A stretch of 63,531 nucleotides of DNA, filler included, from Conidiobolus incongruus B7586 (GCA_000697335.1; 9 parts of 9 records of this genome joined end to end with filler, not necessarily neighbours in it); one strand, 5' to 3'. Counted from the whole stretch's first letter, positions 37,704-53,829 are shown. Numbers and translations: made by a program. Notes: generated from the letters alone by a model not told the origin.

Positions 37704-40183
37704 CCCATTTAAATTATTGAGCAATTGTATATATATATATATTATTAACCCAGAAATTAATTATTTTTTGATATAATATTAACGTATTAAATTTTGGAAT
37801 AATCATATAAATTGGATATAAAATCAATCAAAATAATAAAATATTTAAATATATTATAATTTAATATATAGTATAATTTGTACGACTTTCTAATAATTAT
37901 TTGTTAAAATTATTTTTTTTATCCTATCAATAATTGAATTAAAAACTATAACATTATTTATTAACATATATTCATTAATCTAATTAATAAAATATCACAA
38001 CTTTAATATATAATTAACTTTTTAAAAAAATTTTATATAATTCAAATTTCTAATTATTTTAAGATTAAATATTTAATAAAAAAATTTATTAATTAATAAA
38101 ATCTTTTAATCTTGATATTTTTACCTTTTATCGTTATTATTATTATTTGTTATTTATTTTTGAACATTGAGAATTATTTGAATTTTGTTGTTGATGTGGT
38201 TTTTGAACTGCAGGGGTTGCAAAATTTAGACTTGATGGTACTGAAACCTGGAGTGTTAGACTGGGACCAGTGGTATATTTGGAGTTAGGGTGATAGTCAA
38301 CGAATTGAAATTAAGGTTTTATCTGAATCCAAATTATCCATTAAAATGTTAATATTTAAGGTTGATATTTATTACTTGTGATTTTGATATGTTTTACATA
38401 TATATTTTAAGGAGGTATTAATATGATTTAACTACGTAAAAGTAGATTGAATTAATGAGATCCTTAAAAAATTTAAGTATGATATTTCTTGGTAAATTTG
38501 GATACCTTTGATATAAATATAGTAGTATTATTATAAATTATCTCTATTTTAATATAACAATATTATTGAACTGTAAATATATATCTCATAATATTTTTAT
38601 GCCTAGCATTCTATTTATCCAACATAGCTATAACTATACAATTTTTCCGATTTCTTATAGTGCTAATATTTATAAACCTAATTACCAACCTATAAAAACT
38701 TTTAATAGGGTGAGCTTCTTCGAATAAAGCTCCTGAATTTCAAACTACATTTATCATAATAAGGTTAAATCTAAGCGAAAACTACAATTTTTTTTGATTA
38801 TTCAATCATTTAACTTTTATGTTTAAATCAAAATAAAGAATTTTAAATATGAAATAATAATTATAATAATAAAAAATAATATTTATTTGAAACATATATT
38901 TAAATTTATCATCTTATTGAAATCATTAAATTATAAAAATAATATTTTTAGGCTATTTTATTACTAGAATTTAATGCAACATTAAAGTTTTAAATTATAT
39001 GTAACAAATTATTAACTCTGAATAACATTTACGAATTTAAGACAGTATCTATTTTGTATTGAAAGCTGATTTGCCACAATTAATTCCATGCTAATTGTTG
39101 ACTGTTAGAGTATTTCGAATAATTTATTATGATCCTAGCACCAAGTCACTGCCTACGAGTGGATATGTAAACAAGCATATCTACTATGAAGTGGATACAT
39201 TATGCAAATTGATTATTAATGCTAAAACCCAATATTGAGTGCAACATTAAAATTTCTTTCATAGTTGCCATTATCGGACTACAAGTTTTTGAATGTCATG
39301 ATGGCATTTAATGCTTTATAATTCGAGATCCTAGCACTAAACCTTGGTGAATTTTCAGATTTAGGCCTGCTGTACTTAAAAATCCAAAATATTGAATTAT
39401 TCAAACTTTATTGGGCTTTTTTTAAAAAAGAAATAGTATTGCTATTGTTAATATTTTAAATATCATAACTAAGGAAAATAAATCTTAAAATTCTTTAAAA
39501 TTTTATACAAATAAATTTCATATCTTACAAAGAAATTTAGGATCAAACACTACAACATTTAAAAATATATATAAATCTTAGAATTTATTAATAACAATTA
39601 GAAAACTCTGGAAGTATTATTGACAAAAAAATTCATTATGATATAATTATTTAAATATTTTATATATTGAATGATATACACATTTCAATTAATAATATTT
39701 TAATTCGTTTCAGAAACCCAAATATGAATTTTAAATAATTTAATTTGATTGTATCAAATTTGAATTAAAATCAAAATTATTTTATACAATGCATAGGAAT
39801 TTCATACAACAGTTTAAAATTATTGCATTAGTAAATAAATTAATATATATTAATATAATAGTGTGAATTTTATTTTAAAGTTAATATTAATTTAATATTT
39901 AGTTTATGGATTGGTTTTTATTTTGATTATTTTATATCTAAGTTATAAAAATTTTTAATATTCTAAATATAGTATTATATTTGAGTTTATTATTATTATT
40001 TTGTATTTAAAATTTTGAAATAATTCTTGTAAAAGTAATATAAAGCAATATACTTTTGTAATTTGATTTCAATATTCAATGATTTAAATATTTTCCATCA
40101 ATTTAAATATTTATGATAAATCATATTAAATACAAACATATATATATATATATATTTACCATAATATAATTAAATTTCCAAAA

Positions 40184-41165
40184 TATTAGTATGGAAATTA
40201 AAAAATGGCAAATTTTTTAATTTCTGATCTTTCAAATATATTATATATTTTGAAAGATTATTTATATGTAAAATATATAGGAAAATAAATATTTTCTAAC
40301 TATATATATATATATATTCAATTTTAATTAATTTTTTATTAAAATATTTTGATTTTAAAATTTATATTTAAATTTAATCATGTTTAAATCAAATAGTGAT
40401 TATCAAAAGGTGTTTATTTTTATATCTTTAAAACTTAACCATAAACCCTTTAAAATTATTTAAAACTTATAAATAGCTTATAAAGATAGTATTTTATCTA
40501 AAACTACCATATATTGCTAGATTTATAATTTTAAAGCTAGAAAGGACATTATTTAAAATTTGCTAAAATCAAAATAATTAATTTCTATTATTATATTTTT
40601 GCTTACTAATAGAGTAAAAAAATATATTAAAAAACACCTTTTTATTTTAATTAGAGAATTATTAAAGCAATTTAATATTAATCATATAAGTATATTATAT
40701 ATGCTTAAGTTTAAACTTAGATTAATTAATAAAAATATAAAATAATTATCTTATAATTTAACAAAAACCTAAAAGAAAATTAAAATAATTATAGCTAAAT
40801 TAAACATATTAAGCTATAACTAAAAATAAAGGCTTTTATAATATATACTTATAATTAATAAATTTATATTCCTTTATATTATCCTCTATTAAAAAATAAA
40901 ACAAGGTATTAGGTTAAACCAAATTAATCCTCTTTATAAATTTTAATAAATAAGTATTTTAAATATAAGTAAATATTAACTATTATAATAGATTATAATG
41001 ATATATAATTTTTTTATCTAATACCTTAAGGAAAATCAATTAATAATAAATTATATATTAATTTTTTAAATAATATTATTAAAATTTAAATTTTATCTAA
41101 AATAAGTTATAAATTTGTGTATTTTGATTATAGAAATAAAATTAAAACTTAGTATATCTATTTTT
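40184..41165 (+). mobile_element. Mariner (DD34D) copy, 5' two thirds, cut by a gap
   Basis: The 5' end matches the reverse complement of 62640-62882. ATG at 40380, then AYKDSILSKTTIYC*IYNFKARK (HTH, AYGDxxLSxxTxYRW..FKxG), RELLKQFNINH, K*LSYNLT and KSINN. Confidence 0.85.
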
Positions 41166-41899
41166 NNNNNNNNNNNNNNNNNNNNNNNNNNNNNNNNNNN
41201 NNNNNNNNNTTAATTAATTAANNNNNNNNNNNNNNNNNNNNNNNNNNNNNNNNNNNNNNNNNNNNTAAATATATTTCAATATATTTATTATAGCCTTAAT
41301 ATTATTATATTATAATATTAACTATTATTATAAAAAATAATCATGATTATAAAGAGTTATCAATATTATAATAATATAGTAACTTATTTAGAAAATATAC
41401 TTTTATATTATCCTTAATTTTATTGTATTTATTAATAAGGGTAAAATTATAGATTATATTAAAATATATTATTAATAGAAATTTTTTAATTTATTTCAAA
41501 TTAATAAATTATTTTATATTAATATAACATTTAAAGCAATATATATTTATAATAAATATAATTTAAAAGATATATCAAATGATTTTATAATCAAATATAT
41601 TTTAAATTATTATTTAAGTTGCAAAAATAAGATAGAATATGGAGATAAATGAACAAATAAAAATATAATAATTTGTTATAATATTATATTTATATCTTTA
41701 TAATTTAATATATCAATAATAAAATATATAGAATCTTATTCATTTGTGATTTTTATAGGTTGATTTTTTTATTTTATTAGAATTAAAAAATAATACAATG
41801 ATTAGCAAATATTGAATTATTCATTCTATTACAAATATTATATTTAATTAAAAAATTTAAACTTAATATATATTTCCCAAGTCTTGAAAAAAAATATCA

Positions 41900-43250
41900 T
41901 GAATTTGAATATTTTGGTAAATTCTATATTAATTAATTTTGAATATTAAATCCAAATATAAAACACAGATATATTATATGAAAGGTGTTTGTTTTGAAAT
42001 TATTTGAAAAGATTTATATTTTGAGTTAATTAATTTGATTCATTTGACTATGTTATCAAATATTCATAAATTTTTTTAAAATTAACATTAAAATTTAATA
42101 AGAAATAAATGATACTATTACCTTGGGACATTAAACATTGTTTATACTAATATAATTTAATTAATTCAATATAGATTTCAAAAAGAAAATCGAATACAAT
42201 AAAATGAAAACTTATTTTGGGTAATAAGTACCTTAATTGAAATTAAAAATTGATATGATATCAATAGGTATTCTAAAAATATCAAATTATGAATAAACTT
42301 CTCTTGTAATAAATATTTGTGATCAATGTAAAGTATCCTTAATTGCACTGTTATGTGGTAGTCTACTGATAAACTCAAAAAACTGATAAGATTAATTATT
42401 GGCAATATTAACACATTATTAATTAATTTCTAGAAAATTTTAGTCAAATCATTTTAATTTAATGAATAGGAATTATTTGATTTTTATTAAGAAAATATTG
42501 AAAAGGAAGGAAACGCGAATCAAAGTATATTGATATTGAATAACATAATTACAACTGGTTTATTTTATACCTTTACACAAATTGATGGAAAAAATTAACT
42601 GAAAATATTCACTTTATTCATAAACTCATATTTGTAATGAAAATTTGATGAGATTCCGATATTTGGGCCAATTTTATTTATTCATCAAGTGTGAATTTTC
42701 ATCAAAAAAATTCAATTTTATATATTATATTAAGAACAATATTTCAAATATTTTACTTTTAAGGATTAAATATCAGTATAAAAAGTATTAAATGAACTTA
42801 TCAATAATAGCCAATAATATTGAAAAAAGTATTAGTCTTTCAACAATTAAGAATTAGTTAAATGAGCTAGAATAATTTTATTAGTTTGATTAATCAAATT
42901 TAACAACCATTACTCCAGTTACAATAATACAAAATATAATAACTTGTCTATTCCCCAGTATAAAGAATATTCTAGTAATCAAATATCTTTCCTAACCAAA
43001 TTCAAATGACTGGTTTATCAAATATGATTATTACACCATTCAACAATTGGAGTGCATTCTTTAAAAGACTTTAAAATTGGTTCAATTATAATGTCTAGAT
43101 ACAGTATACTAGGTTTCTAGTTTTTTCTATACAATCCACTAACATTTATTAAGCGTTATTGAGTTCGAAATTAATAACTCGTGCAACTTTAGTTAGATCA
43201 ATTCAATATCAAATTAAATATAAATATAGTAATCTTTATGAATCAAATTT
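41900..43250 (-). pseudogene. Heavily decayed probable F-box/LRR gene remnant
   Basis: Broken Leu/Ile-rich frames (QLRILYID..., NLISFLSLSVDY) and an F-box-like LYRKN.KPSIL near 43100. Boundaries are approximate. Confidence 0.25.
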
Positions 43251-46200
43251 ATTTAATACTTTTATCAATAAATAAAAAATCAAATACATTCATCCTTTGT
43301 TTGAAGATAATAATAAATTTCACATAAATTATGATCAAATATTAAATCATTAAATACAAATGTAATAATAAATTTCCATTTATATCATCATGAATAAAAA
43401 TTATCAAGTCTTATCACTAAAATGGCATTTAATTTTTCTAATATTTGATAATAAAAAAGTATAATAATTGATTTTGAAACTGATAATGTGATAAAAGTTA
43501 TGCGATCAAAATTTATTGTTTGAAAATCTTAATCAAGACAATTTGCCAATCAATTCAACTAATAATATCAAGCATTTTGTATAATTGACTAATTGATATG
43601 AAACTGATGTTTGATTAAATGGGTTTTAGTGATTTTGAAAGTAAAATATCTAATAGTCTGTACTGAGATAATCATTTGGTATTTATTGAGTAATATTAAA
43701 TGTAGGAAAATAAAGTACTTTATAAATATTTCAATGCTATATTCTCGATCAATTGCATTAAAGAAGATTTTTATTGATAATGTTTGCAAAAAATAGTCGC
43801 TATTAAAGCTAAATTTATATGTTGAATTTAAACTTTGAAAAATGATATTTAGATTAAATATTCTTTAAAGCAACTAGTACTAAATTAACTTTATAATAGT
43901 GATATATTTGTATTTTACATATCCAATAATGCATTTGAATAATTATCGCTATACTTAATTATTGCAATCAACTAAACTTGTATATTTGATTAATATGATA
44001 TTAATGAATTTTGATTCTTATATTTAGACAATTGAAATTTTTCCTAAAAACTTTTGTCTAATAACTAAAATTCTCTTATCAATCATTCAGTCAGCAATAT
44101 TTGGCTAACGGAACAATTGAGTACAAATATTTTGGTTATGATATTGATTAAGTATAAATTGTGTTTAATATAATTTTTCAAATAATAGAATATAAAAAAG
44201 GTATTACTATTGATAAGATTATGAAGGAAATTGGCAGCCAAAAATAACCTTAATTATATTTATAGCTAACTTGGCCAACTTTGATCCTCTTAGAATTTGC
44301 AAAACGCCTTCAACCAAGTTATTTCAGCTTTATTAATTAATATATAGATCAAAGAAACAAATTTAATTTAATACTATTTATATTATAATGTAAAATAAAA
44401 TCATTTCAATTTAGTTCCATTTTCTAGTAACTTTAAACATGATAGTACCTAACTATATTAATGTTAACTAAATACTAAATTTTTGTATATTTAGTTAAAT
44501 TAATTCTTATTGTAATTAGGAAAAATATATTATAATTTATCCCTAAAATCATTAATTTTGTAATTTGTTTAAATAATTACTATATAAATAAATATATGAA
44601 TTCTTTTTGATTAATATATTAGTTAATCATTCAATATATATCCATAATTTCTTTTGAATTTTACTTTCAAGCTTCAATTAAATACATGTTACTTTTATTC
44701 ATTACAGTTAGGTATTTGAAAAATTTTAATGAGATTGATTAATTCGCTTTAAAAGGGATAGTTATAATCAATAAACTAATAAATGATTATTGAAAGAGTT
44801 AGAGTGAATGATGTTTATAGTTCAAGTATAAATCTGGTACTATTAAATCCTATATTAAAATATCACAATATTACATTATAGCGAAATTCATATTTAAAAT
44901 ATTTTTTTTGCAAATTTTTTTTTCAATTCGTCATAATTAACACGAATCCAATCATATCTTTAATGTGATCAGATAAATTGGAATTTAAATTCAATAAATC
45001 CAATAAATCCAAAACAATTCAATTCCAAATTAGTGAATCCACAGCTAATTTGAGAACTGTCTCATAATTGCAAGCTTTTTAACCAATAAATATTTTGCGG
45101 ATAAAAAATTTTAACTTCAGTTAACTTTTGACTTTCATACACGTCACCTAGAAGGTTGTAGAGCATACATTGGTGATGTTTCCATTGAATGGAATCTACA
45201 AGTAATTGTGCTCAGATGATTGGAGATGTGAACTGTTTATTGAACGAAATGATTTCATTGAGGCTAATCTCTTTTCTTAATCCAACTACCACATCTATTT
45301 TGAAGCAACCTTGAATGTTTTATTTTGCAATGATTAAAATTTGATAAAATCAATGGTCATTTTTATATCATGTGCCACAGGAGATATCATTCATATCTTA
45401 ATAAAATTTCAAATTAGTTCATCAAGTCGAAAAAAACAAACATTAAATAAAAGAAGTAATATTCGTTTAATCTTCTAAGCATCAGTCCATTAACTTGTTT
45501 GTTAAAGCCCATTACAGCTCTATTATTTCTGTTAGGAGGATAAAGTTGAATTTTAACCTCCTCTAGCCCCTAAATCAAAAGCTCATTTTTCAAATCTTAT
45601 TGAATGAAGATCCAACCACATCTTAATAAGTTCAAAGATTTCATCCTATTGGCTCATATGGTTCAAAATATATTAAATAAAGATTACAATTGGTTTATTT
45701 AAGTTTATATATTTGTTATTTTATCTTTGATTTGATAATTAAAGAGATTAATTGCTAAAATAATAGACTAAACTTAATATTATTACCCAAGAAGAAAAGG
45801 TATGAATAATCAACCACTGTAATAAAAGAGCTACTTGCAATTTTATATTTAATTAATCTTTTTCTAGCCTTTCACCCTTAATCCAATAAAATGATTAATT
45901 AAATCTTTAACCCCTATAGGGCACCAATAAAAACAATTACTAGAATTTGATATAACCCCTAATTTTATGATGTAATAAAGTCTCATTGAAGCTTTATTCA
46001 TTGAATGAAAAATATTTTGATATGATATGATATAATATTAAAATCATTCAAAGAAGGTTTAAAGATAATAATTGTGAAAAATTAAAGAAATAGATTAAAT
46101 AGTTTGAAAGCCTTCATCTATTACAATAATTTTATCATCGCCACACTTTATCGCTTATCTTTAGGATTTATTCAAATTAGACCATCTAAAGTTCTCATCT

Positions 46201-46579
46201 GTTCTAATTCTAGTTTATCTATTCACCACATTTGGAATTTTATGCTTAACAATAGATGATTAGGTTAGAGAAAACTAGGCGTAAAAGATAGGATGTGAGT
46301 TTCCTATTGGATTAAAGCACTTATATATCCAATCAATGTTGCTAGATCACCTAGATCATCAATATGATACCAAAAGAACTTAATTGAAACATAATTATTC
46401 TCCAACTTGGTGTCAAGTTTAGTCGTCATAACTTATTTAGATTTTTGTTTTGTGACTTTAATTTCCAAAAATGACACTTGCCCAAAATTGAAATCAATAA
46501 TAGTAAATTTCAATCTCAAATAGTTTGATTTGATAGCAATTTACATCATTCTTCAATCACCTATTTGGCAATAAACTGC

Positions 46580-46700
46580 AAAATAACATCCAATTATCCA
46601 ATCATATTAGCCTTTGTTTCATCATCCACACCCCATGATCCGCACTTCTGATTGGCTGGTTGGATTTTGTTGATGTTTTTGAAGAATTATAAAAAGAAAT
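46580..46700 (+). promoter_or_regulatory. Probable promoter of the 46816 gene (CCAAT boxes and TATA)
   Basis: CCAAT motifs at ~46590-46605, CTGATTGG at ~46648 and TATAAAA at ~46688, about 125 nt upstream of the ATG. Confidence 0.4.
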
Positions 46701-46815
46701 GGGTTCTCAGCCAAAACCATTAAATTTAACCAGGGTTTCCATACATTCTAGGACTTGGTCGATTCTCTTCTGCGATTATTTCCGTATTTCGAATTCGGTG
46801 GTCTGATTATTCAAA

Positions 46816-47580
46816 ATGCTTAATATTTCTTCTAATTCCTCTCTTGTAAAACCTACTTCTCAGCCAATTATAGGCCACTACAAAGATACCAATGCCTTGA
46901 GCAAAGCCACCAGCAAACCTTCTACCCCTCGCCCTTCTACTCCATTATGTCCCCCGATATCTATTGATTCCTTTTTAGAAGATGATAATGTTTCATCATC
47001 TGTTTCAACTGCTAGGATTACATACTTCTTTGATGATAGTCGTGGTGGTAGCTTCCTTTCTATTCCCCATTTAGGTCGCTCAGGATCTGCTTCAACTGCA
47101 GGAATTACAAGGATATTGGAAACTTGGCTAAGTGAAAAAATTGCTAACCCTGTAAATTCAACACAAGCATCTTCTTCAATAATTCCAATCCTTGAAGAAC
47201 CCATTCAACAAGTAACGGATTCTATCACGAATCAACTTCAAGCCCATGCTGCAAAATATCTTTCAGCTTTATCCAAAGTATATATTCAAGTACAAACTGG
47301 ACATGTGTTTGATCTTTCAAAGTGCTGTGATGATTCTGATGTACTATGGGCTGCACAAGAATTTTACCAACAGTATCCACTGTTCTTGGACTTGACGATT
47401 TGGACTCGTTCTTTACCCAATCCAGGCGAAGCATGCATTAGCAAACCTCTTCCAGCCACATCTTCTACAATCAGTAAGAGCTCATATTCATCGACAACTT
47501 ACTCCAAGATGGTATTTGATTCTCCATCACAACATTCTACTGAGCTTTTACTCCATTTCCTCAAAACCTACCACCAATGA
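46816..47580 (+). CDS. Hypothetical protein (254 aa)
   Basis: Intact single-exon ORF with coding-like composition in an AT-rich background. It has Ser/Pro-rich ends and a globular-looking core (ARITYFFDD...KVYIQVQTGHVFDL...DLTIWTR). Family not recognised. Confidence 0.8.
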   Translation: MLNISSNSSLVKPTSQPIIGHYKDTNALSKATSKPSTPRPSTPLCPPISIDSFLEDDNVSSSVSTARITYFFDDSRGGSFLSIPHLGRSGSASTAGITRILETWLSEKIANPVNSTQASSSIIPILEEPIQQVTDSITNQLQAHAAKYLSALSKVYIQVQTGHVFDLSKCCDDSDVLWAAQEFYQQYPLFLDLTIWTRSLPNPGEACISKPLPATSSTISKSSYSSTTYSKMVFDSPSQHSTELLLHFLKTYHQ

Positions 47581-48029
47581 CCAATTTAATTGATGTGAAC
47601 CGCGATATGTCAACAATTCAGTTCTTCGAAACAACTTCTGATTGATTCAGACTTAAACCACTTCATAGCCTTGCTTTAATTATTATTATTATTATTATTA
47701 TTATATCTCAACAACATTATATTCACTTATCATGTTTTATTCAACGCCCACTCTTCCCGCCAAGCCAAGGTTTTTATTGTATTATTATAACTGCTCAAAT
47801 GTTCCTTTGTCACAAGAATCAATTATATTCTTCGATTCATTGCTCTTTTAAGGATTTATCACTTTAAAAATTAATAAAGTTGTTTCAAAATAATGGATTT
47901 TTCATTTGAATTTTTTTTATTTATTTCAATCCATCTATTATAGGGGCAACTTGTGATAATATTACATTAAGTTTCTTATCTATCAAAATCAAATTTTTCA
48001 TAATTCAACTTAAAGTTCTACAATTCTAA

Positions 48030-48950
48030 TCAAGATATGAATAAAGGAGCTTATCCAATCAAAAGATCCTTTATTAACCCTCTCAATCTCACTTCCAATT
48101 AACCTTTAACTGAATAGCTCTATATAATCATTGGTTATAATCAAAGTGTCTGGTGATAAATCTAGAAGTTATTATGTTGATAATGAATTTTTGGGATTAA
48201 TACTTTGGAAATTTTCCTAAATTAAACCATTACAATAATTAATACCAATTCACCATTTGGAGATATTTCCTATAAGCAGTTTATTGAACCCAATCAAATT
48301 ATTCGTGAAGTACTCTCATTCCCGAAGTTCTGTTATTCTCCTTCTCTCCTGAAGATCAATCACATTTAATATTGCTCAGTTGACATCCCAATCAATGTAT
48401 CACATATCTATTCCTTTAGATCCATCCATTTCCATGGAAACCATGCTAATTAATATATTTTACATTGCTATATATGTTACAAATATTTAATTCATAAAAG
48501 TCGTACTATTATCCAATATATACATGTGATTGAAATTAAAAAAAAAACTTAAATCTTAGCATATCCAGATAAAATTCAACAAAAATTTATACAGTTTACA
48601 AGTTTAATTGATCTTATGTCAAGTATGAAATCATTCAAGCTTCACTAATTCCTCTTGATATCTTTAAAAGGTGAAAAATTAGTTGAAATAAAGGGTATTA
48701 AACTAAATGACAACAAACCTATAAACTTTAAATTATGCAGTAAAATTAAACATTGATCATCTTAATGAAACCACTTTAGCAAATGTCATTCAACTATAAA
48801 CTGAACTCTCTTTTAAAATCAAATCCAGCTACTAAAGGTTATATTTCAATTAGTTTAAATAATGATATCATATCCTTGGTATCTTTAGTTCAAGATGTTA
48901 AAGTTAAGGGGATTATCTTTATAATGGATGAGTTATATTACTAAATGAAG
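48030..48950 (+). pseudogene. Decayed gene remnant, unidentified
   Basis: Coding-like fragments (IKVSGDKSRSYYVDNEF, NSPFGDISYKQFIEPNQIIREV, SLKGEKLVEIKGIKL) broken by stops and frameshifts. Confidence 0.3.
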
Positions 48951-51900
48951 ATTTTTAAATTTTTAATTAATTAATTATTTATTTTATTATATAAAAAATA
49001 AAATTTTTATTTTTTTAAAATATTTTTTAAAAAAAAAAATTTTTTTTAATTAAATTAGTTAAAATTGGTATAATCCAAAAAAATACATACCTTTACTATT
49101 ATTATTTAAATATTATTAATTATTGTAATTAATATTTCATTATAGGAGCACTCTATATTAATAGTCTGATGCTATTTAGTGTACCCCACCTGGTGACTAT
49201 AATATTTTAGTCTATTTCCAGGATATAGAGATTTAATTTGATCATATCCAATTCATAGTCACATTCAGTATATTTTTTTGATAATTTAAACAAGGATAAA
49301 AAAAATTTCCCATACACCAAAATAAATAATATCTTATCTATTGACTTATGTGAATTACCTTATCAAGACTACATATTTCAGTGTTTTGTATTTGTTTCAC
49401 ATCGTATAAGTTAATATTGATTTAGATTAGTAAATGAATTTTTCATAATTGTGATATATTAATTATTTTGGAACAAAATAGTTCAATTTTTAATGGATGA
49501 TATTTATATTTGTTTGGAATTGAATAGTGATAAAATTGATTATAATATCATGAATATATGATAAATCATTAATATAATTGTGTAAATATAATTTATGGAT
49601 AATCAAAGTAGTTCCTGATAAATTATTGATCAATGATATTTTTACCAATAATTTATAGCCAAATACATATCAAGGAAATATCAAAATAATGTTTTTCTAC
49701 TAAAATACAGGGATGGATATTTAATTAATAAGATATAGTGAAAATAGTTATATTGCTAATTATTAAACAAAATATATTAATTGATATTGAATTTGTAAGA
49801 ATTTTTCAATGAAAAATACTGGAAAATATTTTTAATGACCTATTTATGTTGCTGCGAGGTTGGGTAAGTTGAGTATCCAAGTATGTTACTAATTAAAATT
49901 ATTTAAAATTCTATTTGAGAATTGATTTTTTTAATAAATTATTTTAATTCTATATATAATTAATTTTTAATGGCATTTTTTTTTGAAAATTTGAATTTAT
50001 TAAAATGGATGAATCGAATAATAATAATAATAATACTTTCATATATCAAATCTGATCATAATAATCAAAATTTGAAAATAATATTTTAACATCATTTCAC
50101 AATTGTCATATTATTAATTTATGATTCTAAGATTCTAATATTTATTCAACATTTTAAGCCTAAATCCTATTTACACATGTGATGTTTGAAATTGAGATTA
50201 ATTTGATTCTCAACATTAAAGTACCCTGCTTTTGGGCATAATTGAATGTTTGAATTTACTAATCATTTTTTCTTAATATTCAATTAATAGAAAAAAATCT
50301 ACTAGTTATTTCCAAAAAATTGGAGATTATTTCTAATTGATTTGAAACAAAACTATTAAATATTACAAAATCAAATTGTGATTGGATAATCGCACCATCA
50401 ACTTTGTTCAAATATTTCCAATTTCATTTTAAAGAAGCTAGTAAAAAACTAAACCATTTTTACTGGCAAAAAAATGGTATAGTGCTCATGAAATATTTAT
50501 TGCGTTATTTTCTTTAAAGACTTGACCAAATTTTAGAAAAAATAGTTGTACCCAAGTCATATATTTATTTTTCATTCATATTATTAACCTCAGTTTTAGT
50601 TGACAAAAGTGTGAAGCCTTAAAATAATTCTGTTGTGTAAATCTATATTAATATAATTCATTCCAAATTAAAAAATTTATGAATATTAAATTCAATATTG
50701 ATTAAAATTTAAACAAATAAAAAAGAATACTGATAATTCAAACATTCGAAAAATATTTATTTATTAATTTTTAGTATAAAATTATTATATTATATCACAA
50801 TTAAAACAATGGTAATAATAAGGAAATATATAATAAACCTATTGATATATAATTTATCAATTTTTTTATTTAATAAGTAAATTTTAAAAATAAACTTAAA
50901 ATTAATGGTCTTTTGAATATTTTAATTATCAATAGAATATTTCAATTTAATACATAATTATTCTTATATTTATATCAACTATTAAATTTAATATAAGATA
51001 ATTAATTAACTAATAATGCAATTTATGTTTGACTTATTTAGTTATATCTTAAACAATTTTTAAATAAATAGTTATCATTAATTTAATATATTTATAATTT
51101 ATTTTATTTGAATTTTGATTTTTAATTAAGTTATTCTTTTTAAATTCTTATTTTTTATTAATATCAGTATTAATTATTATCTTTTCATATTTGATTTTAG
51201 AAACTTAAAATTTAAATATTATAATATTAATTAATTGCTTATTAATAAATAATAGTTTTGATTATGAATTTAATTTATATATTTCTTACTCAAAATTATG
51301 AATTATGATATATATTAATCATATTATTATTATATAAAAAATTAAAATAAAAATTTTATATTTATTAAATAATTAATTTTGGNNNNNNNNNNNNNNNNNN
51401 NNNNNNNNNNNNNNNNNNNNNNNNNNTTAATTAATTAANNNNNNNNNNNNNNNNNNNNNNNNNNNNNNNNNNNNNNNNNNNNAAGAAATTAAAAATAGTA
51501 TTTTCGGGGTTGTTAATAATAATGATTTATATATAAAGGAACAACAATAAAAAATTATGAAATAATCTATGAATATTTTTATATTATTTTTAAATATTTC
51601 AAAATAATGAAACTTGACAATAATAATTATATATATATATATCAAATAATAATAATGATAATTCGTGTTAATGTCAAAATGATCAGGTATATTATTTATT
51701 TAACCGCACATTTATTCTCATTATTTGAATTTAAATTTTTTCCAATTTTATTCTTGTACATTGTATTATATAAATATACTATAGGTTTTTAATATTTTTA
51801 TCAATCTATTATTTTGTTTTAGAAATAATTTAACTATTTAATATTTTATAGGTATAATCATTCAAACGATATGATATTTGATTTTGAAAATTTCACAATA

Positions 51901-53829
51901 TAAATGGTTTTTCAATGCACCTATTCATTAATACATTATTGATATTGATCAGACCAAATATGCTATATTTAAGCGTAAAAAACATTATTTGAAATTATTA
52001 AAAATTTATATATCATATACCAAATTAACCATTTCCATTATTGAAATTAGTATTAAAAATGTATAAAAATTCTGAAGATTAAGTATAATTGATATAATAA
52101 TAAATATTGAATAGTATTGTGTAATTAGATATTGCTGTATAAATTATCCAATTATTATAAATTATAAAGTTATTAAAATCAATATTGAGATCTCATTATA
52201 TAATAAACAAATAATATATATATATATATATATATATATGGCGAAAAAAAGTTGATCTGGAGAGTAGATTTATGTATCTTATATTATAGCTTGTATTATT
52301 ATACACTATATATTAAACTTAAAAAATAAAAAACAAGTTTGTAATAAATATATAATTATAGAATCAAATAAGTTTTAGACAGTTTCAGTGATATAGTATA
52401 TATAACTTAAGTTTTTTTTTCATTTTTAATAACTTTATAATATAATCAAATTCTAATTGAGAGTATATTTGAAATAAAAATTCCTTAATTTTAAAATATT
52501 TTTTAAAACAACTCAAAGTGTTATTAACATTATATTTGTTACCTAATAAAAAAATAGCTTTAATATTAAAAGTATTATAAAAAAATTTATATAATTAAAA
52601 CGTATAATATATTAATTATTTGAATAAATTTATATTCACTATTATTTAGATATTACAACAATATTAACTGTTCTGATCTTATATATATCAATATCCTTTA
52701 GATCAATATTCATTTTAAGTGATGTTTTGGAATTCGATCAACTTTATATTAAGATAAGTTTTATCAAATATAAAGATATATATTGGAAAATGCGTGTTTT
52801 AATTTGTTTATATTAATTTAGTATGTTTCAACTTTTAATTTGATGATATAGATAGCTAATTATTTAAGATCAAATATCAAATGGATCAATTGGTCTAAAT
52901 ATCGACAAAAAGATATCGTTAAATTTTTATAATATTGATTGTTCAACAAATATATATATAATATTCAAAATTCATTCTCTTATAAGTATACAATATAATT
53001 TGAAAAATGAAGAATATTAAATGATTATAGTCAACAAAATAGTTTTTAATCAATATTATATCATACTCTCTTTAACATTAACACAATATATTTTTGATAT
53101 TTATTATAAAAAATTGAATTAATAATATTATCCAACAAACAATATATTACAACAATTATTTTGTGAAAAATTTTTAAATATTAAGGGATTAAACAATATC
53201 CTTTTTATTAAATTATCTAGGGACTTGACTCATTTAGCAAAAAAGCTATTTTATAAAAATATATTCACTATTTTTATGGAATACTCTTAAGGTGTTGTTA
53301 ATTTATTTTTAATTAAAATTAATTGTATTAAAAAATTTATATAAATAAGTAATAAAAAATAAAGAAATGCCTTTGGATTGTATTTCAATTGATTTGGTTA
53401 TCGAATTTAGTTACTTTAGTATTTGAAGAATTTTGAATTGAGTATTATCCTGAAATAATGATATAAATTTTGAATGTGTGACTAAGTAGATGTTAATGAA
53501 ATAAACAATATTCAACCTATATAAAATAGCATACCATAAAATAAGGTATTAATGTGAGTTTATATATTAATAAACAAAATTATACAGAAGGAAATTCAAC
53601 ATTATTATATAGCATTTATTTTATATAAATTTTAATATACTTAAAGAATCAATTATATGATTTTTGAATATTGAAATTTAAATTTTAATATATTTTTAAT
53701 AAAGAGGCCTAAATATTTTATTTGATGTATATATAAGATATGCACTATCAAATGTAAAATTACGGGGGCTATACTTAATAATAACTAAAAAAGTAATTAT
53801 CAAATACACAAATTCATACATGTCAATCC

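Noticed and set aside
35546..37724. Antisense and overlapping ORFs in the 7-TM gene (also those in the GPI, ALG2, 46816 and MHR genes)
   Set aside because: They are shadows of GC-richer coding sequence with no independent features.
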